Source of the DNA: Collinsella sp.
GTDB lineage: Bacteria; Actinomycetota; Coriobacteriia; Coriobacteriales; Coriobacteriaceae
NCBI GenBank assembly: GCA_047025555.1
Contig: JBKYCW010000002.1
Coordinates: forward strand, 318,190 to 342,189
DNA length: 24,000 bases
Direction: 5' to 3'
Positions 7,106 through 16,400 of this stretch are shown here, one piece after another. Position 1 is the first letter of the stretch, and every line of letters begins with the position of its first letter. The notes beneath the pieces were generated by a model that saw only the letters and a program-made list of their open reading frames with translations, made no database searches and was not told the origin of the DNA. The position numbers and the translations under genes were made by a program.

Positions 7106-8901
7106 TCGACGAGGAGAACAAGTCCGCAACTATGACCGAGGCACCGGCCGCCGCCACAGCTGCGCCGGCCCACGCCGCTCCGGCGGGCTCCGCACCCGTG
7201 GAACCCGAGGACACCGTGTTCTCCCTGCCTCTTTCGCATGTAACGCATGATATTTCGGATCTCGCCGATAACGAGGACGAAGAGGATGCCGCAGCGGCGC
7301 CCATCGGCGCACATGCTGCGGAACAGCCCACAGCGCCCGAAGCAACCCCGGCGCCGGCTCACTTTGCAGAGCCCGTCGCCGCGGCAATCAACGAGAGCGC
7401 TGCGGTGTTTGCGGCACCCGAGCCCGCCGCGCCGGCGTTTCCCATAGCCCCGGCATCCAAGGTTGCGCCCGCGTCTACGCCGGCGCCCGAGCCTATAGAC
7501 GTCAGCCCGCAAGATGACGAGTCGACCGCCCGCGTTTCCGAGGAGCCCGACTCCCCGGACACCGGCGATTCCGAATCAAACGCCGTGACCGACACCGTCT
7601 CTCCCGGTGACACCGCCGAAATCGACGTTGCCGCCGTTGAGGCCAAGCTCAAAGACCCCGGCTCGACCATGAGCTTTGAACCCCTGACCGAGGAGCGCAT
7701 CGAGACCGACTCGACCTATGATGCCGGCACCACCACGCAACTCATGTGGGGCGCCCGCTCCGACGTTGGCTGCGTGCGCCCGCACAATGAGGATTCCTAC
7801 CTGGTGCAGTCGCCGCTCTTTTGCGTATGCGACGGCATGGGTGGTCACGCTGCCGGCGAGGTAGCCTCTTCCATCGCCGTCGAGACTATTGCCAAGACGG
7901 CCCCACAGTCCGCCGACGCAGCACGCCTGGCCGCAGCCGTCGAGGCAGCCAACGCCGCCGTAATCGAGGCGGCCCTGAACGGCCTGGGCAAGCCCGGCAT
8001 GGGCTGCACAGCCACCTGCGCCTACATCGAAAACGACACGCTCGCCATCGCCCACGTGGGCGACTCTCGCGCCTATCTGCTCCACGAGGGCACGCTCATC
8101 CGCGTGACCCGCGACCACTCCTACGTGGAGGAGCTCGTGGACGCTGGCGAGATCACGGCAGACGAGGCTCGCGTCCACCCCAACCGTTCGGTCATCACCC
8201 GTGCGCTGGGCTCGGACCCCGCCATGTATGCCGACCACTTCACTCTGCATATCGAGGAAGGCGACCGTCTGATCCTGTGCTCCGACGGCCTTTCGAGCAT
8301 GATTCCCGATAGCGATATCGAGAACATCGCCACGCAGTCCTCAACCGCGCAAATCTGCGTCGACAACCTAGTGGACGCGGCGCTTGCCGCCGGCGGCCAC
8401 GACAACGTAACCGTAGTAGTCGTTGACCTGGTTGACGATGGCGTTATGCGCGAGGCGCAACGCGTGCGTCGCCGCAATGTTACTATCGCCGCCATCCTGG
8501 CCCTCGTCTTTGTGCTAGCAGCTGGCATCTGGGCCTACACGGGTGTCACCGGCTCGTACTACCTGGGTACCTACCAGGGCAATGTCGCCGTCTGGCGCGG
8601 CCTGCCCGGCAAGCCACTCGGACTCAAGCTCCACTGGCTCGAAAGCGAAACCAGCATCAAGCTGTCCGACCTGCCCGAAGACACGCAAAACCGCCTCAAG
8701 GCGGGCATTCCGCAAACAAGTGTCGACGATGCGCAGGACACGATATCCAAGTACCGCCACCAGATCGACGAGGAGCAGACCCGCCAGGTGATCGACGCGC
8801 AAACGATTCGCGACAACACCAATCAGGGATCGACCTCCGAATCAGATTCCGAGAAAACCGCCGAACAGTCCGCCGAGGCCGAAGCCTCCGATAAGAATTA
8901 G
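7102..8901 (+). CDS. pstP: PP2C-family Ser/Thr phosphatase (PstP-like) with a long acidic N-terminal extension, one TM and an extracytoplasmic tail
   Basis: PP2C motifs are RPHNEDSY, CDGMGGHAAGEVAS, HVGDSRAY, LCSDGL and GGHDNVTVVVVD. The TM is VTIAAILALVFVLAAGIWAY. The 7102 start is supported by the ATGA overlap with fhaB and by coding-like GC3 across the extension. In-frame ATGs at 7669 and 7744 are alternatives. Confidence 0.8.
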   Translation: MIDEENKSATMTEAPAAATAAPAHAAPAGSAPVEPEDTVFSLPLSHVTHDISDLADNEDEEDAAAAPIGAHAAEQPTAPEATPAPAHFAEPVAAAINESAAVFAAPEPAAPAFPIAPASKVAPASTPAPEPIDVSPQDDESTARVSEEPDSPDTGDSESNAVTDTVSPGDTAEIDVAAVEAKLKDPGSTMSFEPLTEERIETDSTYDAGTTTQLMWGARSDVGCVRPHNEDSYLVQSPLFCVCDGMGGHAAGEVASSIAVETIAKTAPQSADAARLAAAVEAANAAVIEAALNGLGKPGMGCTATCAYIENDTLAIAHVGDSRAYLLHEGTLIRVTRDHSYVEELVDAGEITADEARVHPNRSVITRALGSDPAMYADHFTLHIEEGDRLILCSDGLSSMIPDSDIENIATQSSTAQICVDNLVDAALAAGGHDNVTVVVVDLVDDGVMREAQRVRRRNVTIAAILALVFVLAAGIWAYTGVTGSYYLGTYQGNVAVWRGLPGKPLGLKLHWLESETSIKLSDLPEDTQNRLKAGIPQTSVDDAQDTISKYRHQIDEEQTRQVIDAQTIRDNTNQGSTSESDSEKTAEQSAEAEASDKN

Positions 8902-8917
8902 AAAGGGAGTGCCGCTT

Positions 8918-11788
8918 ATGAGTCGCCGCAACACCGAGCTGCTCTTGCTCATCGCCTCGGCGTTCCCCGTCATCCTGCTGTATGCGATGTACGTCCTCAC
9001 CGCGGGCGCTGCCATCTCCTTTGAGACGCTCGCCGTACCGATCGGCCTCTTTGCCGCCTTTGCCGCGGCCCACATTGCCGTGCGCATCTTGGCGCCCGGT
9101 GCCGACCCTGCCATCCTGCCCATCGTATTTATACTTTCGGGCATCGGCATCACGTTCGTGACGCGTCTCGCCCCCGCTCTCGCCATCTCACAGCTCATCA
9201 TCCTGTTTGTCTCGGTGGCGCTCATGGTGGGAACGCTTGCACTAGTCAAAAACTTCGACGTGGTCATGCGCTACAAGTACACCTTTGGCATCATCGGCAT
9301 CATTCTGCTGATGCTGCCTATCTTTATCGGCACCACGATCTCGGGCTCCAAGCTGTGGATTCGCATCGCGGGCTTTACCATCCAGCCCGGCGAGTTCGCC
9401 AAGGTCTTTATCGTCCTGTTCCTGGCCGGCTACCTGGCCGAGAACCGCGAGCTGCTCTCCATCTCCAACCGCAAGATTCTGGGCTTTAAGATCCCTCGCC
9501 TGCGACTGCTGCTGCCGCTGTTTGCCGTGTGGGGTGTGTGCCTGCTCGTCGTCGTCTTCGAACGCGACCTGGGTTCGGCCGTGCTGTTCTACACCATCTT
9601 CTTGCTGATGCTCTACGTTGCCACGGGGCGCTTTTCGTATGTCGTTATCGGCCTTGCGCTCTTAGCCGTTGGGGCCGTGGGCGCCTACAAGTTCCTGTCT
9701 CACGTTCAGGTGCGTTTCCAGGTTTGGCTCGATCCGTTTAAGGACGCCCAGGGCCAGGGCTACCAGATCGTCCAGTCGCTCTTCTCGCTTGCCGATGGCG
9801 GCCTGGTCGGTGTTGGCATCGGCAACGGCATGGCCAACAACATCCCTGTCGTCGAGTCCGACTTTATCTTCTCGGCTATCGGCGAAGAGATGGGCCTTTT
9901 GGGCGGCGGCGCCGTGCTCATCCTTTTTATGCTCTTTGCCGTTCGCGGCCTGACCACGGCTGCCCGCGCTAAATCCGACCTCGCTGCCTTTAGCGCCACG
10001 GGCCTTACGGCCGCCATCAGCTTCCAGGCCTTCTTGATCGTTGGCGGCGTAACCCGCCTGATCCCGCTGACCGGCGTCACCCTGCCCTTTATGAGCCAGG
10101 GCGGCTCCTCTCTGCTGGCGAGCTTTATCATCGTCGCGCTCCTGCTGCGCGCCGGTGACGAGGCGACCGGACGCGAGGCCGAGCTTACCGGCACCGGCAC
10201 CATCGCCGCCATCACCGATGATCAGGTCGCATCTGCCGCCGCCCCGACGGGCACGCGCTTTGCCACCTCGTCTTCCTACGGCAGCGGCAGCCATTCCGTC
10301 GGCTCGCGCATGCGCCGTCGCCTGCTCGACACACCTGAATCCGGTGTGCTCGGCCGCGTGGCGCTCGCCAACCGTCTAACCCGCGCGGTGCTCGCCTTTA
10401 CGGCGCTGTTCGCCATCCTTATCGGCAACCTCACCTATGTCCAGGTCATCAAGGCCAAGGACTATCAGGACATGCCGACCAACAACCACACCATCGCCCG
10501 CTCCAAGTACATCCAGCGCGGTTCCATCATCACGTCCGACGGCGTGACGCTGGCCGAGTCGCTGCAGCAGGAGGACGGCACCTACGTACGCTCCTACCCC
10601 AACGGCAACCTGGCAGCGCACGTGGTTGGCTACGTGAGCCAGCAGTATGGCACCACCGCCATCGAGAGCGTCATGAACGACACGCTCACCGGTTCTAAGG
10701 ACTACTCCAGCTGGAACAACGCCATCGCGTCGCTCGCGGGCCAGACCCAGCCGGGCAACACCGCCAAGCTCACCATCGACTCGCGCATCCAGACGGCTGC
10801 CGAGCAGGCGCTCAAGGGCTTTAAGGGCGCTGTAGTGGTCATCGACCCGCGTACCGGCGCGGTGCTCGCATGTGCCAGCTCGCCCACCTACGACAACACC
10901 AACATCGATGCCCTGCTGCAGACGGGCGGCGGCGAGGACGGCTCCATGTACAATCGCGCCATGGACGCGCTGTACACGCCGGGCTCAACGTTTAAGGTCG
11001 TTACGCTTTCCGCGGCACTCGAGACCGGTACCGCCAGCCTTACCAGCACCTACCAGGCGCCCGGCTCCATGGACATCGGCAACGCACCGGTCACCAACTA
11101 TGCCAACGAGAGCTACGGTACCATCAGCCTGCAGCAGGCCTTTGCCGTGTCCTCCAACGTCGTCTTTGGCCAGGTGGCAAACGAAGTTGGCGCAAACACG
11201 CTCGTGCAGTTTGCCAACGCCTTCGGCTACGGCCAAAAGCTCGGCCAGGACCTGACCTCCGCGGCCTCCATCATGGCCGACCCGTCGCTCATGACCGAGT
11301 GGGAGACCGCCTGGGCCGGCGCCGGCCAGCCTGTCGGCATGGACCACACGCCCGGCCCGCAGACCACCGTCATGCAAAACGCCGTGATTGCCGCCGCCAT
11401 CGCTAACAGTGGCGTGGTCATGGACCCGTACTTTGTAGCCCAGGTACTCGCCCCGGACGGAACTGTGGTCAAGACCACGCAGTCCCGCTCGCTGGGTCAG
11501 GCCGTCAGCTCCGCCACGGCCGACCAGGTCAAGCAGGCCATGCTCGCCGTCGTCCAGTCCGGTACCGGCACCGATGCCCAGGTCCCCGGCGTCAAGGTCG
11601 CCGGCAAGACCGGCTCGGCCGAGACCGGCGGCACCAACGTCAACTCGATGTTCGTTGGCTTTGCACCTTACGATTCACCCACGGTCGCCATCTCGGTGGC
11701 CTTGGAGGATTACGACAAGCATGACGTCAAGGCCGCCAAGATCGCCGGTATCGTCCTGACCGCGGCGCTTGCCGCACAGGGAGCGTGA
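8918..11788 (+). CDS. Fused SEDS glycosyltransferase (RodA/FtsW family) and class-B penicillin-binding protein (PbpA-like transpeptidase), 956 aa
   Basis: The SEDS half has QPGEFAKVFIVLFLAGYL, SDFIFSAIGEEMG and GVTLPFMSQGGSS. A Ser/Thr/Gly-rich linker follows, then a TM anchor (LAFTALFAILIGNLTYV). The bPBP motifs are STFK (about 10987), SSN (about 11151) and KTGS (about 11607). GGGAG sits 8 nt before ATG 8918; the track start GTG 8909 overlaps the SD. Confidence 0.85.
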   Translation: MSRRNTELLLLIASAFPVILLYAMYVLTAGAAISFETLAVPIGLFAAFAAAHIAVRILAPGADPAILPIVFILSGIGITFVTRLAPALAISQLIILFVSVALMVGTLALVKNFDVVMRYKYTFGIIGIILLMLPIFIGTTISGSKLWIRIAGFTIQPGEFAKVFIVLFLAGYLAENRELLSISNRKILGFKIPRLRLLLPLFAVWGVCLLVVVFERDLGSAVLFYTIFLLMLYVATGRFSYVVIGLALLAVGAVGAYKFLSHVQVRFQVWLDPFKDAQGQGYQIVQSLFSLADGGLVGVGIGNGMANNIPVVESDFIFSAIGEEMGLLGGGAVLILFMLFAVRGLTTAARAKSDLAAFSATGLTAAISFQAFLIVGGVTRLIPLTGVTLPFMSQGGSSLLASFIIVALLLRAGDEATGREAELTGTGTIAAITDDQVASAAAPTGTRFATSSSYGSGSHSVGSRMRRRLLDTPESGVLGRVALANRLTRAVLAFTALFAILIGNLTYVQVIKAKDYQDMPTNNHTIARSKYIQRGSIITSDGVTLAESLQQEDGTYVRSYPNGNLAAHVVGYVSQQYGTTAIESVMNDTLTGSKDYSSWNNAIASLAGQTQPGNTAKLTIDSRIQTAAEQALKGFKGAVVVIDPRTGAVLACASSPTYDNTNIDALLQTGGGEDGSMYNRAMDALYTPGSTFKVVTLSAALETGTASLTSTYQAPGSMDIGNAPVTNYANESYGTISLQQAFAVSSNVVFGQVANEVGANTLVQFANAFGYGQKLGQDLTSAASIMADPSLMTEWETAWAGAGQPVGMDHTPGPQTTVMQNAVIAAAIANSGVVMDPYFVAQVLAPDGTVVKTTQSRSLGQAVSSATADQVKQAMLAVVQSGTGTDAQVPGVKVAGKTGSAETGGTNVNSMFVGFAPYDSPTVAISVALEDYDKHDVKAAKIAGIVLTAALAAQGA

Positions 11789-11920
11789 TGCCCATGATCG
11801 AATCGGACACCCGAGGCGTGCCGCGGCCGAAGAGTTAGCGGCAACGCGCCACACGGCCCCAGCGGCCACATCGTAGGTACTACACACATCGTTGAGCGAA
11901 TAGTTATGTTAGGAGCAGGA

Positions 11921-13867
11921 ATGGAACAGAGGGTCCTCGGGGGAAGATACCTCCTCAAGGATAAGGTGGGAACAGGCGGCATGGCGACCGTCTACCGTGC
12001 ACAGGACCAGGTCCTCGACCGCACGGTAGCCGTCAAGATCATGCTGCCGCAGTATGCTGGCGACGCAACCTTCGCCGCACGCTTTAAGCAGGAGGCCCAG
12101 GCAGCAGCCGGTCTCTCCTCCCCCTATATCGTGGGCGTCTACGATTGGGGCAAGGACGGCGACACCTATTACATCGTCATGGAGTACCTGCGCGGTACCG
12201 ACCTTAAGAGCGGCATCAAGAGCCACGGCGCCCTCGACCCCAAGAAGGTCGCCCAGATCGGCTCGCAGATCAGCTCTGCACTTTCGGTCGCCCACAAGCA
12301 CGAGATCATCCACCGCGACATTAAGCCGCAGAACATCATGGTGCTGCCCGACGGTAACATCAAGGTGATGGACTTTGGCATCGCGCGCGCCAAGAACAGC
12401 CACCTCACGCAAGACAACAACGTGCTGGGAACCGCCCACTACGTCAGCCCCGAGCAGACCCGTGGTCAGGACCTCGGCCCCACCTCGGATATCTACTCGC
12501 TGGGCGTCGTGATGTATGAGTGCGCCACCGGCCGCGTGCCCTTTGACGGTGATGACGCCATCTCGGTCGCACTCAAGCAGGTCAATGAGCTACCTATTCC
12601 GCCGAGCCAGATCAACTCCGGTGTCGACGCCGACCTTGAGCGCATCATCCTCAAGTGCATGGAGAAGGACCCGGCAAACCGCTTCCAGACCGCCGACGAG
12701 CTTCGTCAGGTGCTCAACAGCTACCTGTCGGGCCGTGCCGTAAACATCTCGGAGCCCACACGCATCATCGGTGCCCCCGGTGAGTTGGGCGCCACCAAGA
12801 CTCGCGAGCTGTCTGACTCCACGCGCGCTATGGTTCGCCCCGTATCGGGCGTAAGCGGACAGACCAACCCCCGCAGCGCCGTCTCGGGTTCCACCGGTTC
12901 CTACGAGGTCGATCAGCCCAAGTCCAACAAGAACAAGATTATCGCCGCCGTAGTCGCCGCAATCGCCGTGGTTGGCGTTGTGGTGGCCTTCGCCACCGGG
13001 CTCTTTGGGGGCGAGCAGGTTACGGTGCCCGATGTGCTTAACAAGGACCAGCAGACCGCTATCGAGCTGATCAAGGAGGCCGGCCTTGAGGTCGGAACTG
13101 TCGACCAGAGCTATAACGACGATGTCGACGAGGGCAAGGTTGCCGAGCAGACCCCCAACGGCAACACTAAGAAGCCCAAGGGCTCCAAGGTGAACCTGGT
13201 GATCTCCAAGGGCCCCAAGCCCTCCGAGAAAGTTGAGGTTCCGCAGCTCGTCGGCCTAACCAAGGACCAGGCCGAGGCCGCGCTGGCAAGCGTGGGCCTG
13301 AAGGGCAACGCAACCGAGGAGGCCAACGAGGCCGACGAAGGCCAGGTCTTTGAGCAGGGCACTGATGCCGGCAAGGAAGTCGAGAAGGGCACGACCATCT
13401 CGTATAAGGTCTCCAGCGGTCCTGACACCACCTCCGTCCCCGATCTGACCGACATGACCGAGGCCCAGGCACGCAACGCTCTCGACATGGCTGGCTTTGG
13501 CGTCGACGTGAGCTACCAGGAAAACGACTCGGTTACCGAGGGCACCGTAATTAGCTGGAACCCTAGCGGCAAGCAGAAGCCCGGTGCCACGATCACCGTC
13601 GTCATCGCCAAGAAGTCCGGCAAGGCCAGCGTCCCGGGTAACCTGTACGGCAAGAGCATCTCCGCCGCCGTCACCGCGCTCAACAACGCCGGTTTCTACA
13701 ACATCGCATTCTGCGATCAGAACGGCAACCCCGTGAGCGGCAACGAAAACGCCACCGTTACGGGCGTCTCCCCCACCGGCAAGCAGTCCACCGACAGCAC
13801 GATCACGCTGACGGTTTCGCTTTCTGGCTCTGCCTCGGGTGACGATTCCGACACGACGACTAACTAG
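11921..13867 (+). CDS. pknB: Ser/Thr protein kinase PknB with one TM and four extracellular PASTA repeats
   Basis: MEQRVLGGRYLLKDKVGTGGMATVYRA, VAVK, HRDIKPQN, DFG and GTAHYVSPE. The TM is IIAAVVAAIAVVGVVVAF. Four repeats begin VPDV.., VPQL.., VPDL.. and VPGN... AGGAG sits 5 nt before ATG 11921, which is preferred over ATG 11906. Confidence 0.9.
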   Translation: MEQRVLGGRYLLKDKVGTGGMATVYRAQDQVLDRTVAVKIMLPQYAGDATFAARFKQEAQAAAGLSSPYIVGVYDWGKDGDTYYIVMEYLRGTDLKSGIKSHGALDPKKVAQIGSQISSALSVAHKHEIIHRDIKPQNIMVLPDGNIKVMDFGIARAKNSHLTQDNNVLGTAHYVSPEQTRGQDLGPTSDIYSLGVVMYECATGRVPFDGDDAISVALKQVNELPIPPSQINSGVDADLERIILKCMEKDPANRFQTADELRQVLNSYLSGRAVNISEPTRIIGAPGELGATKTRELSDSTRAMVRPVSGVSGQTNPRSAVSGSTGSYEVDQPKSNKNKIIAAVVAAIAVVGVVVAFATGLFGGEQVTVPDVLNKDQQTAIELIKEAGLEVGTVDQSYNDDVDEGKVAEQTPNGNTKKPKGSKVNLVISKGPKPSEKVEVPQLVGLTKDQAEAALASVGLKGNATEEANEADEGQVFEQGTDAGKEVEKGTTISYKVSSGPDTTSVPDLTDMTEAQARNALDMAGFGVDVSYQENDSVTEGTVISWNPSGKQKPGATITVVIAKKSGKASVPGNLYGKSISAAVTALNNAGFYNIAFCDQNGNPVSGNENATVTGVSPTGKQSTDSTITLTVSLSGSASGDDSDTTTN

Positions 13868-13919
13868 TCGACAACCCATCACCTGCAGCGGCTATGGCCG
13901 CAAACATATTCGCTCAACG

Positions 13920-13957
13920 GCGCCCGCTTGCTCCCCAGCAAGCGGGCGCGTTATTTA
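13920..13957 (+). terminator. Rho-independent terminator of the fhaA-pknB operon
   Basis: A perfect 12-bp GC-rich stem, GCGCCCGCTTGC / GCAAGCGGGCGC, with loop TCCCCA, followed by GTTATTTAT. Confidence 0.7.
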
Positions 13958-13980
13958 TCGACAGGCCAGGGCTCCATAGC

Positions 13981-14010
13981 AACGCAAAGAGGCCCGCAAA
14001 AGCGAGCCTC
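13981..14010 (-). terminator. Probable minus-strand terminator closing the frl-like transcription unit
   Basis: On the minus strand, GAGGCUCGC-UUUU-GCGGGCCUC forms 9 bp including one G-U wobble, followed by UUUGCGUU. On the plus strand the same position is a C-A mismatch, so the hairpin is better on the minus strand. The T-tract is weak. Confidence 0.4.
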
Positions 14011-14057
14011 TCAGGTAACAACAGATATGTGATGCAGTAATTACTAGCCGCAGAACT

Positions 14058-14306
14058 TCACCATGGTCTCGACCATGGACTCTTGCCTATAGACAAAATG
14101 TCCAGAAGCAAGGAGATGAAAGAGTAAGGACAACGCCCTCTAAAAGAAGGCCGTATATGAAGATTGCATATCCCTTTTGCCTTCATATACTCAAGAAGCA
14201 CCCCTCGAAGCGCTCCTGAGAGGCCCCCTTGGATGCAACCCAGGGGATCCAGATTCTGGTAGACATCGGCACAGCAAAATCCTGCCGCGCAGGCACGAAC
14301 GGACAT
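14058..14306 (-). CDS. Candidate small Cys-rich ORF (82 aa) in the 3' spacer of the frl-like operon; may be non-coding
   Basis: ATG at 14304-14306 is preceded by GGGAG with a 5-nt spacer. The translation is MSVRACAAGFCCADVYQNLDPLGCIQ... Third-position GC is much lower than in surrounding genes, and no family is recognised. Confidence 0.2.
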   Translation of the reverse strand: MSVRACAAGFCCADVYQNLDPLGCIQGGLSGALRGVLLEYMKAKGICNLHIRPSFRGRCPYSFISLLLDILSIGKSPWSRPW

Positions 14307-14360
14307 CTTGACTCCCAACGCAATGCGGGGCGCCCCAAGACACCCCGCCACGACAAAAAA

Positions 14361-15233
14361 CTAGTTCTCGTAGACCAGCGGGTGGCCCCAACTGCCCTCG
14401 ATCTTGCAGGTCTGCGCCGCAAAACCGGCAGCGAAGTCCAAGCTCTCGCGAATTGCGGCCTCGCCGCACTCGCCGGCCTTCTTCTTGGAAAGATAGGTGA
14501 CCAAAAACGCCGTCAGCAGTGAATCGCCGGCCGCCATAGCGTCTTTGAGCTCCTCGGGCGCCACGGGCTTGATGCCCTGCTCGTAGAAGTTTTCGCCGTC
14601 ATAGGCGACGGAACCCTTGCTCCCGCGCGACGCGCATACGATTTGAGGGCCAAGGGCCTTCACCCACTCGAGCTTCGCCTTGATATCCTCCAGGGAAGCG
14701 TCGCCCATGGACATAAAGGCGTACGTCACAAATGGCGCAATCTGCTCGAAGAACTCGTCGGTGGAGTCATCGGAGAAGTCGAAGCTGATAGGCACACCGG
14801 CAGCCTTGATCTTGGGGAGCTCGCGCTCGGTGAAGCAGTAGTTGCCGCTGTGCACCAAATCGAAGCCGCTGACGTACTCGGCGGCGAAGCGGTCTATCAC
14901 GTAGCGCATGTCGCCACGTATGCCGCCTTCATTGGAGCCCAGGAAGATACGGTCCCCGGTCTTGTCAACGGTCACGCGAGCGGCGCCGTTGACGCCCAGG
15001 ACCTGCTGGCAGCGAAGAAGCTCGACGCCCTCGTCCTCAAGCGATGCTATAACGTGCTCGGCCTCCTCATCTGATCCGAAGATTCCCATGTAGGCGCTGC
15101 GATCGACACCGAGCTTCTTGGCGAAGACGGCGAAGTTGGCTGCGTTGCCGCCGGGATACATAGTCTTGATATGCTCGTACTTATCGACAACGTTGTCTCC
15201 AAAGCCGAGCACGCTTATAGGATAGGCTGCCAT
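14361..15233 (-). CDS. frlD: PfkB-family sugar-amine kinase, fructoselysine 6-kinase-like (290 aa)
   Basis: GFGDNVVDKY, GGNAANFAV, ISFDFSD and AAGDS (in place of GAGD) resemble E. coli FrlD as I recall it. It is the last gene of an frlC/B/D-ordered operon. GGAG sits 6 nt before ATG 15233, which is preferred over 15245. Confidence 0.8.
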   Translation of the reverse strand: MAAYPISVLGFGDNVVDKYEHIKTMYPGGNAANFAVFAKKLGVDRSAYMGIFGSDEEAEHVIASLEDEGVELLRCQQVLGVNGAARVTVDKTGDRIFLGSNEGGIRGDMRYVIDRFAAEYVSGFDLVHSGNYCFTERELPKIKAAGVPISFDFSDDSTDEFFEQIAPFVTYAFMSMGDASLEDIKAKLEWVKALGPQIVCASRGSKGSVAYDGENFYEQGIKPVAPEELKDAMAAGDSLLTAFLVTYLSKKKAGECGEAAIRESLDFAAGFAAQTCKIEGSWGHPLVYEN

Positions 15234-15331
15234 GGTTATCTCCATTCAGGTAAACCGCCGTGGCTACGGCGAGCAGAAGAGGCGCGAGGATTCGCACGTC
15301 TCAACGCGCTTCGCGCCCCGTTCTAAAATCG

Positions 15332-16300
15332 CTAGTACTTCTCGATGCCCATGTAACGACGCACGTCCGGGTGATGGTCGAACACCTTGCCGCGAGCGGA
15401 GCGCAGCTCACAGTTCATCGCGTAGAACAGGATTGGATCAAGGAACGCGCGAACGCTTGCCGGTACTTGGTCCATGCCGTACTCCATGGCGTCGAGCACC
15501 ATAAGAGTGTCGGTATGGGTCTCGAGGAATGCGAGGGCGCGCTCATCCATGGCTCGGCACTCACTGGAGGACATCTGCAGGAAGTAGAAGACTCCGGGCT
15601 CGGTCACCTCGAAGGGGCCGTGGAAGTACTCGCCGGAGTGGATATAGGCGCAGCTCTGCCACTGCATCTCCATAAGCGAGCAGATAGCGAAGCCATAGGT
15701 CTGGCTAAACACGGGACCGGATCCCAAGATATACAGGAACTTGTGGTCCTGGCACAGGGCAGCGAAACGGTCGCAAAGTTCGGCGTTGACCTTCTCGCGA
15801 GCCGCAGGCAGGATCCGGTCCATCTTGGCGATGCCTTCGTACATATCGGCAAGGTCAGCATAACCTTCCTGCTGATCCAAGAGCTCGGCAGCGAGAGCCA
15901 AAGAGATGCCGGCGGGTACCTCCGCCTGCGGAACTCCCTCGCCCCACGGATATACCCAGCACGTCCACTCACCGTTATCGATGCCGGAGCCGGCGTTGTC
16001 GGTCTGTGCGATAACGGTTGCGCCCGCCGCCTTGGCGATCGAGCACGCATCGATTACCTCGGGAGTGTTGCCGGAGTGGCTGCAAGCGATAACAAGGGAC
16101 TTTTCGCCCAGGCGCTTGGGACGCATGATATCGAACTCGCGGGCGGTATACGCCTCACTGGCAAACGTAGTCGCCTCGCGCTTAAGCAGCTCATGGGCGG
16201 GCAGCAGGTCGATGAGGGAGCCGCCGCAGGCAACCCAGAAGACGCTATCGAAACCGCCCTTTTCGGCGATTGCGTCGGCGATGAGATCATGTGCGTTCAT
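15332..16300 (-). CDS. frlB: SIS-domain fructosamine-6-phosphate deglycase-like protein (322 aa)
   Basis: VFWVACGGS, IACSHSGNTPE, GEYFHGPFEVTEPGV and the C-terminal HHPDVRRYMGIEKY parallel E. coli FrlB (GEFRHGPLEIVEPGV ... HNPDERRYYGGLVEY, from memory). AGGAAG lies 7 nt before ATG 16300. Confidence 0.85.
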   Translation of the reverse strand: MNAHDLIADAIAEKGGFDSVFWVACGGSLIDLLPAHELLKREATTFASEAYTAREFDIMRPKRLGEKSLVIACSHSGNTPEVIDACSIAKAAGATVIAQTDNAGSGIDNGEWTCWVYPWGEGVPQAEVPAGISLALAAELLDQQEGYADLADMYEGIAKMDRILPAAREKVNAELCDRFAALCQDHKFLYILGSGPVFSQTYGFAICSLMEMQWQSCAYIHSGEYFHGPFEVTEPGVFYFLQMSSSECRAMDERALAFLETHTDTLMVLDAMEYGMDQVPASVRAFLDPILFYAMNCELRSARGKVFDHHPDVRRYMGIEKY

Positions 16301-16400
16301 TGTTATTCTTCCTTTCGATACGGCGGACGAATCCGCCAACGTTTACTGCAAGTCTTCTCGTCAAGCGTGTTGACTGCCCCACGCGAATGGGAGCTACGCG

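Noticed and set aside
11815-11850. Imperfect GC-rich hairpin (GGCGTGCCGC..GCGGCAACGCGCC) in the 132-nt gap between the SEDS-PBP gene and pknB
   Set aside because: The stem is bulged, the loop is 13 nt and no T-tract follows, so it is not a credible intrinsic terminator. It may only mark an mRNA processing or stability site.
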